From assembly GCA_032718475.1 (NCBI GenBank), contig JAUCBJ010008236.1, positions 1-58,623 on the forward strand: a stretch of 58,623 nucleotides of DNA, written 5' to 3'. Of the stretch, positions 46,401 to 57,878 are shown one piece after another (position 1 is the stretch's first letter; every line of letters begins with the position of its first letter). Source of the DNA: Nemertoderma westbladi (Eukaryota; Animalia; Xenacoelomorpha). A program made the position numbers and the translations under genes. The notes under the pieces were generated by a model. It saw only the letters and a list, made by a program, of their open reading frames with translations. It searched no databases and was not told where the DNA came from.

Positions 46401-47430
46401 GGAAACTCATCGTACTGAAATCAAACATGGTCATGTATGGAGTATATGTTGACAATCGACTAATGTTTTGTTTCTTTCTTTCAATTTTTTTATAACAAGC
46501 AGAAGCAACTACTGCGTACTTAAAACATTCCCCAATGGGACAATCTAAGTTAATAATGCACTGCTTCTTTGCTAAAATTTTAGGAATATAACCACCACCG
46601 TGTCCTTTGAAATAGGGGTTGCGGTTGAAGGTAGAAATTTGTAAATTGATTTCTTTAATTGAAACAATATTCCAACCACTGCCCATGCAAACAAAGACTG
46701 CTATTAATTCATCTATTCGTTCGATAGTTTGCGAAAACCAGTTTTCAAAATCTAAATTAGAAGTTATTTGATTATTTGAAGCGTTTGATTTGAAACAGAA
46801 GGTTTCTAATTGAGTATCCTCAGATGTCTCCCTTTCCATTAAGATAGAAATAGTTAACCAAACTTTTATAAAATTAAATTCATTATTAAAATGTTGACTC
46901 ACTCTTTCCCAAATATTACTTTCATTTTCTCTAAGTGTTAACTCTACATCTAATTGTGGTGTAAGTAACGTGTTTGTATATGTAAATAAGCGGTTATGGG
47001 ATGAGCTGTTCACGGATGGTAAAAATGGGTTGTTGCTCGAACCTCCAGTCTGTTGTCTTGAAGTAGAAGGGCCAACCCTTGGAGATTGAATGTTTGGTGG
47101 TGGAGGTGGTGGTGGTGGTGACAAGGGCGTTTGAGATTGTTTGCGTTTCCGAGAGAAGAGTCGCGTATAGCAATCGTGTTCTTTAAAGGCTGATAAAGTG
47201 AATGATTCACCACACTTGCAAGTGTTTTCTTCGTTGATAAATCTAAACCCAGTCCCACCTTGCGTACATAGTGCTAGATGGCTAACCATGGTTTTCTTAT
47301 CGGAGGACCAGGTGCCACAACAATCGCATGAATATTGTTTAAAATGAGTTCCGAGATGATTGTTGAGATGATCGCTACGCATGTTCTTATTGCAGACGGG
47401 ACAGTCAACGAATTTTGATGACATAGGCAT
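43492..47430 (-). CDS. Protein-primed family B DNA polymerase (pPolB) with N-terminal zinc fingers and an endonuclease VII-like insertion; C-terminal frameshift at an A11 run
   Basis: Exo motifs YADIES, HNLRHYD and YLALDV; Pol motifs LDANNLYG, KLLNNSLYGK and GDTDSF; EndoVII-like CYTC...DHNHLTGAYRGAACVSCN. The canonical end LSLWDTK...RPYGHY lies in another frame just beyond 43492. Confidence 0.96.
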   Translation of the reverse strand: MPMSSKFVDCPVCNKNMRSDHLNNHLGTHFKQYSCDCCGTWSSDKKTMVSHLALCTQGGTGFRFINEENTCKCGESFTLSAFKEHDCYTRLFSRKRKQSQTPLSPPPPPPPPNIQSPRVGPSTSRQQTGGSSNNPFLPSVNSSSHNRLFTYTNTLLTPQLDVELTLRENESNIWERVSQHFNNEFNFIKVWLTISILMERETSEDTQLETFCFKSNASNNQITSNLDFENWFSQTIERIDELIAVFVCMGSGWNIVSIKEINLQISTFNRNPYFKGHGGGYIPKILAKKQCIINLDCPIGECFKYAVVASACYKKIERKKQNISRLSTYTPYMTMFDFSTMSFPVDRVIGIPRFLETNPLYCINLLFWSTDNILSILSQPDPEHCFQKTVLNLMFIEGNQNNPGHYCAIVNLNRLINKSGQGTKSICERCLRAFYTINSLQTHRELCYTSKRQLEQMPTPDKLKIKFNRLDKTLSPPFCIYADIESVLEPTSNPKLVQKHIASAAAFYTVPNCELINPPQTSLQMFRDTGTNHVIDDFLTALESHCRELYEWTISGTNTNVPKHLTRAQQQNFDNATNCYTCNCSLTPDSHGLNLAENLNTKVCDHNHLTGAYRGAACVSCNRKLSLKRNKFYVVLHNLRHYDSHLILKEGLKNSSRTHWKINVIPKNTETYISIEISFPIDKTMQTANAKESIVINLLDSLQFMTASLDKLSSYLTANNSDLTKAIPHTLKQMKNLYPNISDSTIKNKGIFPYSYIQSITNLYETQLPPIESFYNDLQLEDCSEHNYQRAQTSWVELQCQNIFDYMMGYLALDVTLLADTFQQFRELCFSNYGLDPLHYYTSPGLTYDAALKFTNSEIELLSDGTIYADFENNIRGGLVFLNTHLEEANIPGKPEYNPCKPEKYLIPLDANNLYGSALSQKLPCSNMKIVDTPIDLATVDATWSVGYYCIVDLEYPREIHDETADLPLGAEKMSIPKSFLSTYMQDLWQHYNLNDQGTYKQYNEKYSKLILHQFKKTNYGIHIKLLQLYLKLGLQITQVHKVYSFTQKYIFRDYISFNTSKRQSAKNAFEVLFYKLLNNSLYGKSLQKVRDRLSFRLCTSPEQCDLLLSKPNHERFISFSPYLSGHTFTKEVAVLNQAVFIGATILDLSKLEMYDYYYCKLKPLEEKLRCEIRALAGDTDSFFLSVTGVEHKIFLEAMFNSGFLDTSNYDPSHPLFTNQNKASLGFLKDESRGLLYRSFVFLKPKMYSFEAYDAQPKRTCKGISKNIVAKQLTHKHYLDCFINESTDYTNNTIFTSREHQMFTGRIKKKTY

Positions 47431-47435
47431 GTTTG

Positions 47436-47560
47436 CTATAAAATAAAAAAACTAAATAATAATAATAAGTTTGGGAAGGTTTCGCGGGGTTGATTTTTAT
47501 TTTGAGGCAATAATGTTAAAACTAATCGAATTCATAAAAACACAAATTTATTGTTCTTAC
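47436..47560 (-). other. Predicted 125-nt intron in the pPolB 5' UTR
   Basis: CTGCAG|GTAAGA donor and TTTTATAG|CAAACATG acceptor, 5 nt before the ATG. Confidence 0.65.
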
Positions 47561-47627
47561 CTGCAGATTGATGATGTTTGCAACAATATATTATGTATAA
47601 CAATAAATGTATTACGTATAACAATCT

Positions 47628-48693
47628 TGAAGAAAATATAATATTATGTATAACAATAAATGTATTATAACTTTAAATAAAAAGTAAAATTGTCAATAAT
47701 ATTTTTGTAAGTAAAGTTCGAAGCGAAGGGTGGGGGTTTATAAGGGAAAGGATAACCAATGAAAATAAAAGTGAAGCTTGTGGGAACCAATAGAAATAAA
47801 AAAGAGAGAGAGAGAGACGCGCTATTGGATTGTGGGAATAATAAACACATTTCATTGGGTTAATTAAATGTAAAACATTAGTTAGGTTGGGAAATGGATG
47901 AATTGAGAAGCGGGGGAGTGCGTTGGAGAAAAGTGTGTGTAATGAATGAATGGGTATGTTAATTAATGTTACGCTAGAGCATCTCTGAAATTACTTCAAA
48001 CAAAAAAAAACTGCAGTATCCACTGTAGTAAAGAGATGGTTGGGAATTAATTTGACATGTGGTGTTTTGGGTAGGGCTTTGTTGTTGAGCTAATATGCGC
48101 GTGGACTGCTTCGCAATACAATGCGAAAGAATGCAAACTAATGCCATACCAGATGTTTATTCTAATTTCTTGGATGAATTGATGTAATAACGAAGCTGTG
48201 GGTATGAATAATTTAAGCTCTATCGCAGGCCCCATTCACGCAGGTCCCATTCACGCATTGATGATTGGGTTAGTCATGCTACGGTTAATAAGAGCCCAAA
48301 CAGCCATAGATTATTGAGGGATGATTTGGGACCAAACTGGGGCCACTTTATTTTGGTGAAAGGGTATATTTATGTTTTGGGCCTCGATTGCGTCTTTATA
48401 TTTAATTCTATCATTTTATTGTACGGCAAAAATAATACAAATGTATTGTATATTGTATTGTATATTTCGTTTGTTATAGTACAATTTATTCATCGCGCGT
48501 CCCCCTATCTGATTGATTTGTATCAAATTAAATTGCCTTTGGCAACATTATTTGATACAAATCGATTGATTAAACAATTAATTAATTGTTTAATCGACCA
48601 ATTAATTAATTGATTAATTAATTAATGACCTACTTAACACCCAAGGTGCGAAGTGGGTCTAACTGTCGCCGAGAGTGGCAAACCATTACTACT
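47628..48693 (-). repeat. Polinton right TIR
   Basis: Reverse complement of 32747-33811. Confidence 0.97.
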
Positions 48694-48964
48694 GATGCAT
48701 TGGCCGAGTTTCTTACTGCTGAGCTTGTTACTAACGTCCATCCATTTCAATGTCATTGTACTTCATGGCAGTGTCTTCATGAAAAATCCGATGTTCTTGG
48801 ATGCAGATGATGTCGATGTTATATTCCATTGCTAGAGCGACCATGTCACCCTGTTTGCTCTGTGCTTTCAGCGTGCATGCGTTCATTGTAGCAATCTTTA
48901 GTTGTCTTTTAAGTATGTACCGCCACGTTGCCACCAATTCGCTTCTGTTTATGACTATGTTTAT

Positions 48965-50762
48965 GAGCAGGTTACAGTGTCGGTGTTTTCTAACCAAAAC
49001 AATAAACTATACATGATTTCTCTTGCGGTCAATTTGCGCTGAAGATCACAATATTTACTTGCGGTCAAAGTGCGCCACTATCTGAATAAACCATGCTGCA
49101 TCGATTCGCCGTGTCACCTAAGCCATATCTATTTTCATTAATGAGATAATTCCATGTTAAAAAAATGGTGGTTTTGATGTCAGTGTAAAAAGGTTCTAAC
49201 TGCCAATGATATACCATTTTGCAACTCACCACTCTAAAAGTTACCCCATTTTTACACAAACTGTATACATATTTGGTTTTTGACACAATCATATTACCGT
49301 ATTTCCATGTCCAGGAATATAGTGCGTAACTCAGGTACAAGCTCCCCCCCCCCCCAAATTTTTTTACAAATCTTAATGAGATTGCATGAAATTTGAAACA
49401 GAGATAGATTCACCTCCCTCCTCCCGAGTGGGTGAGCCGGAATTTTTCTTTTCGCTTTTATTCTTTAGCTACAAGCGTTTAAAAAAGGTGCCTCCGACGA
49501 TATTGAACCGCAGTTATTATTCACCCTTATAGTGATTTATTGGTACCAAAGTAATGCTGGCCATGCAAGGATTCTAAATATGTAAAAATATTTGAATTTG
49601 GTAGGGAAATAGCTGAGTTATTGGCATTCGAATGTTGCGTGTATTTTTGCTTCTGCTACAGGCCATTTATTCTATTAAAATAAATGCGCCATATTCTGGA
49701 ACATTTTGTTTATCTCATAAGTATCTGGGCAACAATGCAATTCCTACATAGTAATACTAGTGAGAGGATATTAAAACAAAATGTTCTAGAACATTGTGTA
49801 TTTATTAAATGGAATAAATGGCCTCCTACGGAAGCAAATTCAATGCAAGGGTTTCGAATGCCTGTAGCTCAGCTATTTCCCAACCAAATTCAAATGTTTT
49901 TTACAAATTTGTAATCCTTGTACGGACAGCTTTCCATTGGTAACAATAAATAACTATAAGGTTGAAGAATAACTGCGGTGTAGGTGGTTCAATATCGTCG
50001 GAGACACCTTTTTTAAACGCTTGTACAGTAGTAATGCAACAAAAGCGTTGAGATCTAATTTGATGTCAAAATTGTATTGATCTAAATTTATTGATTTATA
50101 TTTATATTTATTATATATATGTTAAGCTTTTCAATTGAATAGATTAATAATAATAAAGTATCCCCGTTGCCCCGCTTGGGGGTGCAGTTTATAAAAAAAA
50201 AACCTTATCAAACGTAAAAATTTTATCAAGAAACTAAGTGCAATAGTCGCCAACCCATCATCAATAAGCATAAATAACGTGATAGGGGCAAGTATGTGGT
50301 GCTACTTCCCTGCGGATAGTTAAGTTAGGTACCATCTTCACTTCAGTAGGCCTATATCCTAGTTATATGTTATTGTTATATATACTGTAGTTATATATAG
50401 CGCCTGTATCCCCCCGCTTTGGAACATACAGTACTGTAGTTTCTTCTGACACCCTACTGTATAGAACTTACTGTAGCTTCTTAATAATATAGCATAACTT
50501 TGAGGCAAAAACTTCCAAATAGATGACAGCCGTCATGTAAATTGAAATTATATACAGTATATTTATTTTCAAATTAAATATAATGATTCATCATCGTTAA
50601 CGTACCCTTTTCTGCGTCCGGTTTAAGTCCAATAGATGCAGAACCAACGCTCGGAGAATTCGGAATGTCAGAATTCGCACTATTTGGCTTGGTGATAGCG
50701 CCGTCATCGGCACTCGCCGTGGTTGCCAACTTATGAATTCCCTAATAAATATACAATTAATA
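48965..50762. repeat. Right copy of the ~735-bp duplication, with a ~1.06-kb insertion (49153-50213)
   Basis: Starts GAGCAGGTTACAGTG exactly at the LINE 5' junction and resumes at GTAAAAATTTTATCAAG (~50214). Confidence 0.88.
49470..50024. repeat. Foldback (long imperfect inverted repeat) within the insertion
   Basis: TACAAGCGTTTAAAAAAGGTG.CTCCGACGATATTGAACC versus GGTTCAATATCGTCGGAGACACCTTTTTTAAACGCTTGTA; pairing continues inward to ~49750. Confidence 0.8.
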
Positions 50763-52081
50763 AATCTCCAAAATAAGCAAATAATACAAATATTAATCCG
50801 CCTCTCGCATCAGGGCACCTTGTTAACCATGCTTGCCACTTCATTCAGTACCGGCAATTGTGTAATTGTCCAGTTATACTTATGTTTGAAAGCGAATAAA
50901 TTAAATAAATAAATTAAATTAAACAATTGGGGTAATTCCATGTCAAATCATCCAGAATTTTTAACTTTTGTAACCCACCCTCTCAGAATTTCGTGAAAAT
51001 TTCAGGGATTGAATACCAATATGTAACTAAGAGTTGTTGAAAATTTTAGGTCAATCCCTCCAGGGAATCAAAAGTTATAGCATTTCAATGCGGGCTACAT
51101 TTACGGCTATCGCGACTAAGATGACGCTTTCGCGGGTGAGACGTTATGGCCTTTTTTGGTCATAGGACTATATGTATGTACCTAATAGTCACAAAATTGA
51201 GTGCCTAGAAGTATTTTTCGATCCTGAGTCTGAAAATAAAGTCAGTTTTCAACGTAAGATGCACCTTGCTCTGATATGGTCAAGAATTGATCATCTTTGG
51301 CTTCGCGGAGACCTAGAAACTTTGATTGGCAATAACCTTTGCTGCTTTCGGTGAATCTGCTTGAAATTTTGTGCACACACTCCCTGTCCATCACACTCCA
51401 CACGATGGCATTTGGTAAAAAAATTGTTTTTGTACTCTGAGATGCTCTGATTTTATTAAGGATTTTCACTTTTGCTTATCCGCTAGACCGCTAGGTGTTT
51501 CCGTTTCTTCACTTGCCCATTAGGAGTCACTATTACTTGATATTTACTGTCCAGATGCCATGTGAGGGAGGTGGGTGACATCAAACTAATCAAAAAAACT
51601 ATAATTAATATAATTATATAACATGATGGATGATTTAGAATATACACTGTACACAGGCCTGGTAGCCAAATCTCTCTATAATAATACTATATCCACTGTG
51701 ATCAGTTTCTTGGCTCACCCATTATTTCATCATTTTCTCTCAAATTTAGCTTAGTAGCTCGAGAAAACTGAACCAGAAAGGCATGGACTGCAAACTCTGA
51801 CCACATTAGTTCAAGTTATACTGTATGTCCTAGGCAGTTTACATTTAGGCAAATACACATATTTTAATCAATCAATATTGTTTCAATATACAGTAGTGTA
51901 AGGTTGTCAGTAAAAGAAAAGCAGAGAACACTCCATGTCCTCTCACTCTCATTCGTTCCTTGATATTCCTGTACACATAATGCTGTATATTTAATATTTA
52001 TGCTGGTACAGTACCTAGTACCTGTAGGCCTATGTTTTTCTCTTGTTATTATTATTGACTGATTATTATACTGTAATAAAG

Positions 52082-55000
52082 ATGTCAGATTCTACAGAAG
52101 AAAAGTGTGATTTTGGCTCTATACTGTCAGAAGATTGTCATAAACTCTCATATCGTGGACAAAAAGCTGGAATTCAAGATTTTAAAAACCTCCCACATGA
52201 ACTGCAGGAAACATTGTTATGGCGTAGTGAAGTTCCTAAAACCACTTACGAGTCTGTGAGTACAATTTGCCATCATCATGAATATATCTTTACCAAGAAG
52301 TTCCACCAGGGGAGTAACCCTGCAAACAATTTAACGTTCAAATGGCGTTGAAAAACGAAAAATTTATAACAAATAAACGCTAGAATCTGACGTTAGTAAA
52401 AGTAGATCGAACGTTCGTTTGGCCGCTTTTGTGACGTTAAAATTACCCCAAAATCAACGTTGAATTTTACGTCAAATATATATATTCCAACGTTATCTTT
52501 AACCGTTGAATTTGCAGTATATTAATCGTTAAACCAACTTCAGTTAATCAACAAAACTGACGTTAGATATCCATATTCCAACGTTTATTTAATCAGGGAT
52601 TTTCGGTTTTTCAGGCCACTAGGTAAATCTCACGTTACCTTACGTTGTACATTGCACATTTTAATTATCTCATCAGCATATTAATACAACATAGGCCTAT
52701 AATATGTTATGTGAATTATAAATAAATGGAAACTTTATGTTTGAAACTGTAAACTTATTAATTGATTTATTTACATTATAAATGAAATTATTACAAAATA
52801 ATCAGATAGTTAGTTGACAGCACAGATACAGTCTATAGTTCGCATTGGCAAAAATAAGTCTTACTGAAACGAATTACGAGTCCACATCCGCATCGCCCTC
52901 ATTATCGCTAATTGTCGATCCCGCATCGTCTTTGCTGCATCGTTCTTTCGGTTTTCCGCGAGCCACACTAAAAAAACAAAATAATTAATTAATCAACTAA
53001 TTTACTGTAAACGAATTCCTGTATAATAATAATGTAATAACGTAAGTAAGTACTGTATGTATGTACTCAGCACCGCAAATTTATTAATTATTTGCAATTT
53101 AATGCAATGGCGATAAACAGTTTCAGAGCGTAATATTGTAGCAGAATGGATGCCATAATGTAGACCTACAGTACTAACCCAATCCTAACACATCTCAACC
53201 CTGCAGAATATATGCCATAATGTAGGCCTACAGTACTAACCCAATCCCCCATAATGTAGGCCTACAGTACTAACCCAATCCCCCATAATGTAGGCCTACA
53301 GTACTAACCCAATCCTAACACATCTCAACCCTGCAGAATAGATGCCATAATGTAGACCTACAGTACTAACCCAATCCTAACACATCTCAACCCTGCAGAA
53401 TAGATGCCATAATGTAGGCCTACAGTACTAACCCAATCCCCCATAATGTAGGCCTACAGTACTAACCCAATCCCCCATAATGTAGGCCTACAGTACTAAC
53501 CCAATCCCCCATAATGTAGGCCTACAGTACTAACCCAATCCCCCATAATGTAGGCCTACAGTACTAACCCAATCCCCCATAATGTAGGCCTACAGTACTA
53601 ACCCAATCCCCCATAATGTAGGCCTACAGTACTAACCGAATCCCCCATAATGTAGGCCTACAGTACTAACCCAATCCCCCATAATGTAGACCTACAGTAC
53701 TAACCCAATCCCCCATAATGTAGGCCTACAGTACTAACCCAATCCCCCATAATGTAGACCTACAGTACTAACCCAATCCCCCGTAATGTAGGCCGACAGT
53801 ACTAACCCAATCCCCCATAATGTAGACCTACAGTACTAACCCAATCCCCCATAATGTAGGCCTACAGTACTAACCCAATCCCCCATAATGTAGGCCTACA
53901 GTACTAACCCAATCCCCCATAATGTAGACCTACAGTACTAACCCAATCCCCCATAATGTAGGCCTACAGTACTATCCCAATCCCCCATAATGTAGACCTA
54001 CAGTACTAACCCAATCCCCCGTAATGTAGGCCGACAGTACTAACCCAATCCCCCATAATGTAGGCCAAATGTTTACAATTATTTATACAGCAACTAATAT
54101 AATTTGTGCAGTTTCTATCACTTATAATGTATATGTACAATCATTTCGTAATGTTACAATTTTAGAATAAAACTACATACATACTTGTTGCAAAGTACTT
54201 TACAGTGTTCTGATCCTCGTGGCTTTATTTTCACTCACTAACGTTCGTTCGTGTAACAAAGCCACTCGGATCATCTCACTGTAAAGTGCTACTTTACACA
54301 CAAGTATGTAAATAGTTATTACATAATAATTCTAATGTACTGTACTAATTATTGGTAATGAGAACAATAATAAGATATAAATTTTACCTGCTGCTGCTAG
54401 TGCACTGAATGTCCTGTCGAACTCCAGCTGTTTCTTCATCCATAATATCACTCTCATTTCCAACCGCAACCCGTTTCTTTCCTCTGAATCGTGTTGCGAT
54501 ACCAATGGAATACCCATCTTGATCGCTAGCACTTGCAATGTCCGAACCCTCACAGACAACGCGCTCCTCTATTGCTTTAGCTGCCAATAGATCATCTGAA
54601 AAATATTATTAACATTGAAATTTAGTCTACAGTACTGTAATAATTTAATTATTATTTGATTTAATAATTATTAGATTGTTAGATATTCATATGCGAAAAT
54701 TTACAAAAATTATTAACGAAAAAAAAAGTATTACAAAAATTTAAGGTAATAAAAAAAACAATAAAACTGTTAATGCAATAATATCCATCACAGTTCAGTA
54801 CCTACTTGTATTGCATGCATATATGTTCTTTAGGTAAGTACAGTAGATGCATTTACTAATAATGTGAATAATAATAATAGTGTGAATACAGTAAACATTA
54901 TACTAGTAATATGCCACTTTACTCAAAACATATAATATAATAATACACAATGAGATGGCAGTGTGAGTCAGAATAATACTGACAAATATAGTGTAAGTAA

Positions 55001-57878
55001 CCAATCAGAAGCAATATATTATAACACCATAGGCAGGTATTGTGTTGTTGGGCAGTGTGTCTACTGTAATATCCATCCACATGGGAATGTATCATGGCGT
55101 CTGTCTGGCACATTGTAGAACTACAATATGAACGTTATTTCACTTAAAAATAACGTTGAAAATTAACGTTTATAATTAAACTCGGAATTAACGTTACTAT
55201 CGAACGTCATCACACATTGAGAGATCGATGAAAATTAACGTTCGAATTTTACGCTGAATTAACGATTATGATTGGTTTATTTTAAACATGCAATTTTTCT
55301 AGCAAAGTGGAACGTTAATCAAACGTTGAACAATATTTTATTTATTCATGTGATTTTCCAACTTAATCCACACCTATATTAACGTAAATTTAACGTACCA
55401 TGTTTGCAGGGAAATGTTGTGATACATTCAAACTGCACAAGACAAGATCTAAAGGTTAGTTCTACACTGGACAAACTACTACAATGCAAATTTTCGAATA
55501 TTATTTAGGCCTAATACAGTAGCACTATTAACCTATTAGCTACAAATACACCCTGAAATGCGGTACATATTTTCTTATTTTTTATAATTATTGAATTTTT
55601 TGGAGATCGAGTGATCAGTTTGGATTTCGCAAAGAAACTTAAGGAGAAAGACATTGAAGTAACACCAGGGTGGAAATTTTGTGTTAAATGTGAAGTCAAG
55701 GCCAAATCATTAACAAAATCAGAACCATCTACCTCTGTAATTAGTGAAAGTGAATCAACTAGTGAAAGTGAATCGGTGATAAAGACTGTAGAACTTGAAG
55801 GACTACGTGGGTCTGTTGCCAGTTCCTTTGAGGCTATTGGTGTATCCCCATTAAAGGTACATGGATTACCAGCACATAGCCGTGTGCCTAGTGCCAAGAA
55901 AAAACTTAAACGTGTATATGAAAAAATGGAACATCAGGTTTCATCAATCCTAGGAGTAGAGGCAGTGGAATTACAGGAAAGTGCCGGTACATCTTCCACA
56001 TCAGTATATTTGGATAAAGCTAATGCATTAGACAAATTGCATACCGAATTGAAAGCAAAATTGGAAGTTGCAAATTATAGAGAGAAAGTCCAGATACTTA
56101 CACTGGCACCTACTAACTGGCCAAGGACTAGAGTGTCTGAAGTTTTTGGTGTCTCTGAATATTTGGTCCGAAAAGCAGTGGCACTTAAATCTGAAAAGGG
56201 AATAATGTCAATTCCAGAGAAGAAGAAAGGTAAACATCTCTCAAATGATGTCACTGATGCAGTGCGCTCATTCTATGAAGATGATGAGTATTCTCGAGTA
56301 ATGCCAGGACGGAAGGACTATGTTAGTATTGGAAAGAATATTCATGTCCAGAAGCGATTACTGTTGTGTAATTTGAAAGAACTATATTTGTCATTTAAAG
56401 ATAAAACGAAATTGACTATAGGCTTTTCAACCTTCGCTGCCTTGCGCCCTAAGTGGTGCATCTCTGTTGCTGCTCCAGGAACACAGAATGTATGTGTCTG
56501 CAGCTATCATCAGAATGCAAAGTTAATGACTGCTGTTTTACCAATGAACTTAACATATAAAGACCTAATGGATAAAGTTGTTTGTAATACAGATAACAAG
56601 ATGTGCATGGTACATAGATGTTCAAATTGCCCAGGGAAAGAAAAACTTCGGGAATTTATTGCCGAGCAATTTGAATCTTTGGAAGAAGAGATTACTGTTT
56701 CTCAGTGGACTGGTACTGATCGTGCTAACATGATTACTCAAATTTTGACTATTTCTGATTACATAGATGCTCTCTCTGATCAAATTGATAAACTGACCTC
56801 TCATAGCTATATAGCTAAAACACAATCACGCTATCTGAAGAATCGTAAGGAATATCTTGAAGAAGATCATTGTATTGCAATAGTTGACTTTGCAGAGAAC
56901 TATGCATTTGTTGTACAGGATGCGATACAGTCGTTCCACTGGAACAATAGTCAATGCACCATACACCCAGTTGCGCTTTACTATTTAAAGGATGGAAAAC
57001 TTCAAGTAGACTCTCTAGCATATCTTAGTGATTTTGTAGATCATGATACAACTTTTGTGTATACTGTTCAAAAGAAATTGACCAACTATTTGAAGGATGA
57101 ACTTCCTCATATTAATACACTAGAGTACTTTTCAGATGGTTGTGCTGCTCAATACAAGAATTGTAAGAATTTTATAAATCTGTGCCACCATGAAGCTGAC
57201 TTTGGCCTAAAAGCTCAGTGGGATTTTTTCGCCACATCTCATGGCAAATCTCCAGCAGATGGGATTGGTGGTGTTATAAAACGAACTGCATTACGAGCCA
57301 GCCTTCAACGAGTAGTAGGTGATCAGATAGTTTGTACGAAAGCTGTTCATGAGATCTGTTGTAGTCATCTACTATCAATTAAGACTTATTTGATTGAACA
57401 GGATGAAATAGAACAATGCCGTTCGTTTTTGCAGAGTAGATATAATATTGCAAGAACAGTTCCTGGAACCCGGGCTCATCATCAGTTTGTTCCTGATTCA
57501 AACACAACAATTAAACTTAAACATACAAGTACTGATGAAGCGTTTTCATTCATCCACACGTTTGGAATGCCAGAAGGTGATATTGTTAAGGTATCTGCAA
57601 TGGAATATGCAGCATGCAAATATGATGAAGGTTGGTGGATTGGTCTAGTTTTGGAGTGCTCAGCTGAACATTCAGATCATCTGATAAGTTTCATGCATCC
57701 ACCAGGATCTTCAGGAGCACAAACATTTTTCTGGCCTTCGAAGATGGATACATGTTGGGTACCTAGCCCACATGTACTTCTAAAGATACAACCACCAAGT
57801 ACTCGAACTGGCCGAACATACTCTTTAATTAATGATGAATTAAAACTAATTCAATCTAGATTTTTAACTGCAATTTAA
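52082..57878 (+). CDS. Sola2-like transposase, disrupted: exon 1 = 52082-52317 + 55414-55454, exon 2 = ~55606-57878
   Basis: Motifs VDFAENY, FSDGCAAQYKN, FFATSHGKSPADGIGG, CVCSYH. Removing the nested element restores ...FHQGSKCCDTFKLHKTRSK. Donor AAAG|GTTAGT at 55454/55455. Confidence 0.82.
53153..54066. repeat. 34-bp minisatellite (ATAATGTAGGCCTACAGTACTAACCCAATCCCCC)n with a few longer variants
   Basis: Seen directly. Confidence 0.95.
54175..54320. repeat. ~150-bp hairpin dispersed repeat related to 2375-2529
   Basis: Same architecture: TACATACTTG..GCAAAG...CTTTACACACAAGTATGTAAATAGTTATT. Confidence 0.6.

Larger units (their letters stand above)
32747..48693. mobile_element. Complete Polinton/Maverick (adintovirus-like endogenous dsDNA virus), 15,947 bp
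   Basis: Termini AGTAGT...ACTACT, 6-bp TSD GATGCA (32741-32746 / 48694-48699), ~1.07-kb TIRs and a full core gene set. Confidence 0.98.
29500..48964 (-). mobile_element. RTE-type non-LTR retrotransposon (family A; APE endonuclease + RT), ~2.95 kb net, interrupted by two nested insertions
   Basis: Pieces: 48700-48964 (IATMN..DIICIQEHR), 31551-32746 (GGVGILL, AGDLNAQIG, QLDYILI, GSDH) and 29511-30991 (QGDTLAPLLF, DTDFADD). The frame is restored across both TSDs when the inserts are removed. One stop (32098-32100) and one frameshift (~48745). (TAG)n tail at 29500-29513. Confidence 0.93.
52318..55411 (-). mobile_element. Non-autonomous EnSpm-like element (CCC termini) inserted in the Sola2 transposase
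   Basis: 11-bp TIR CCCTGCAAACA...TGTTTGCAGGG, 2-bp TSD AA (52316-52317 / 55412-55413), many subterminal AACGTT motifs at both ends. Confidence 0.9.

Noticed and set aside
51172-51354. 60-aa ORF mirrored at 58216-58398
   Set aside because: Lies within the Sola2-like TIRs.
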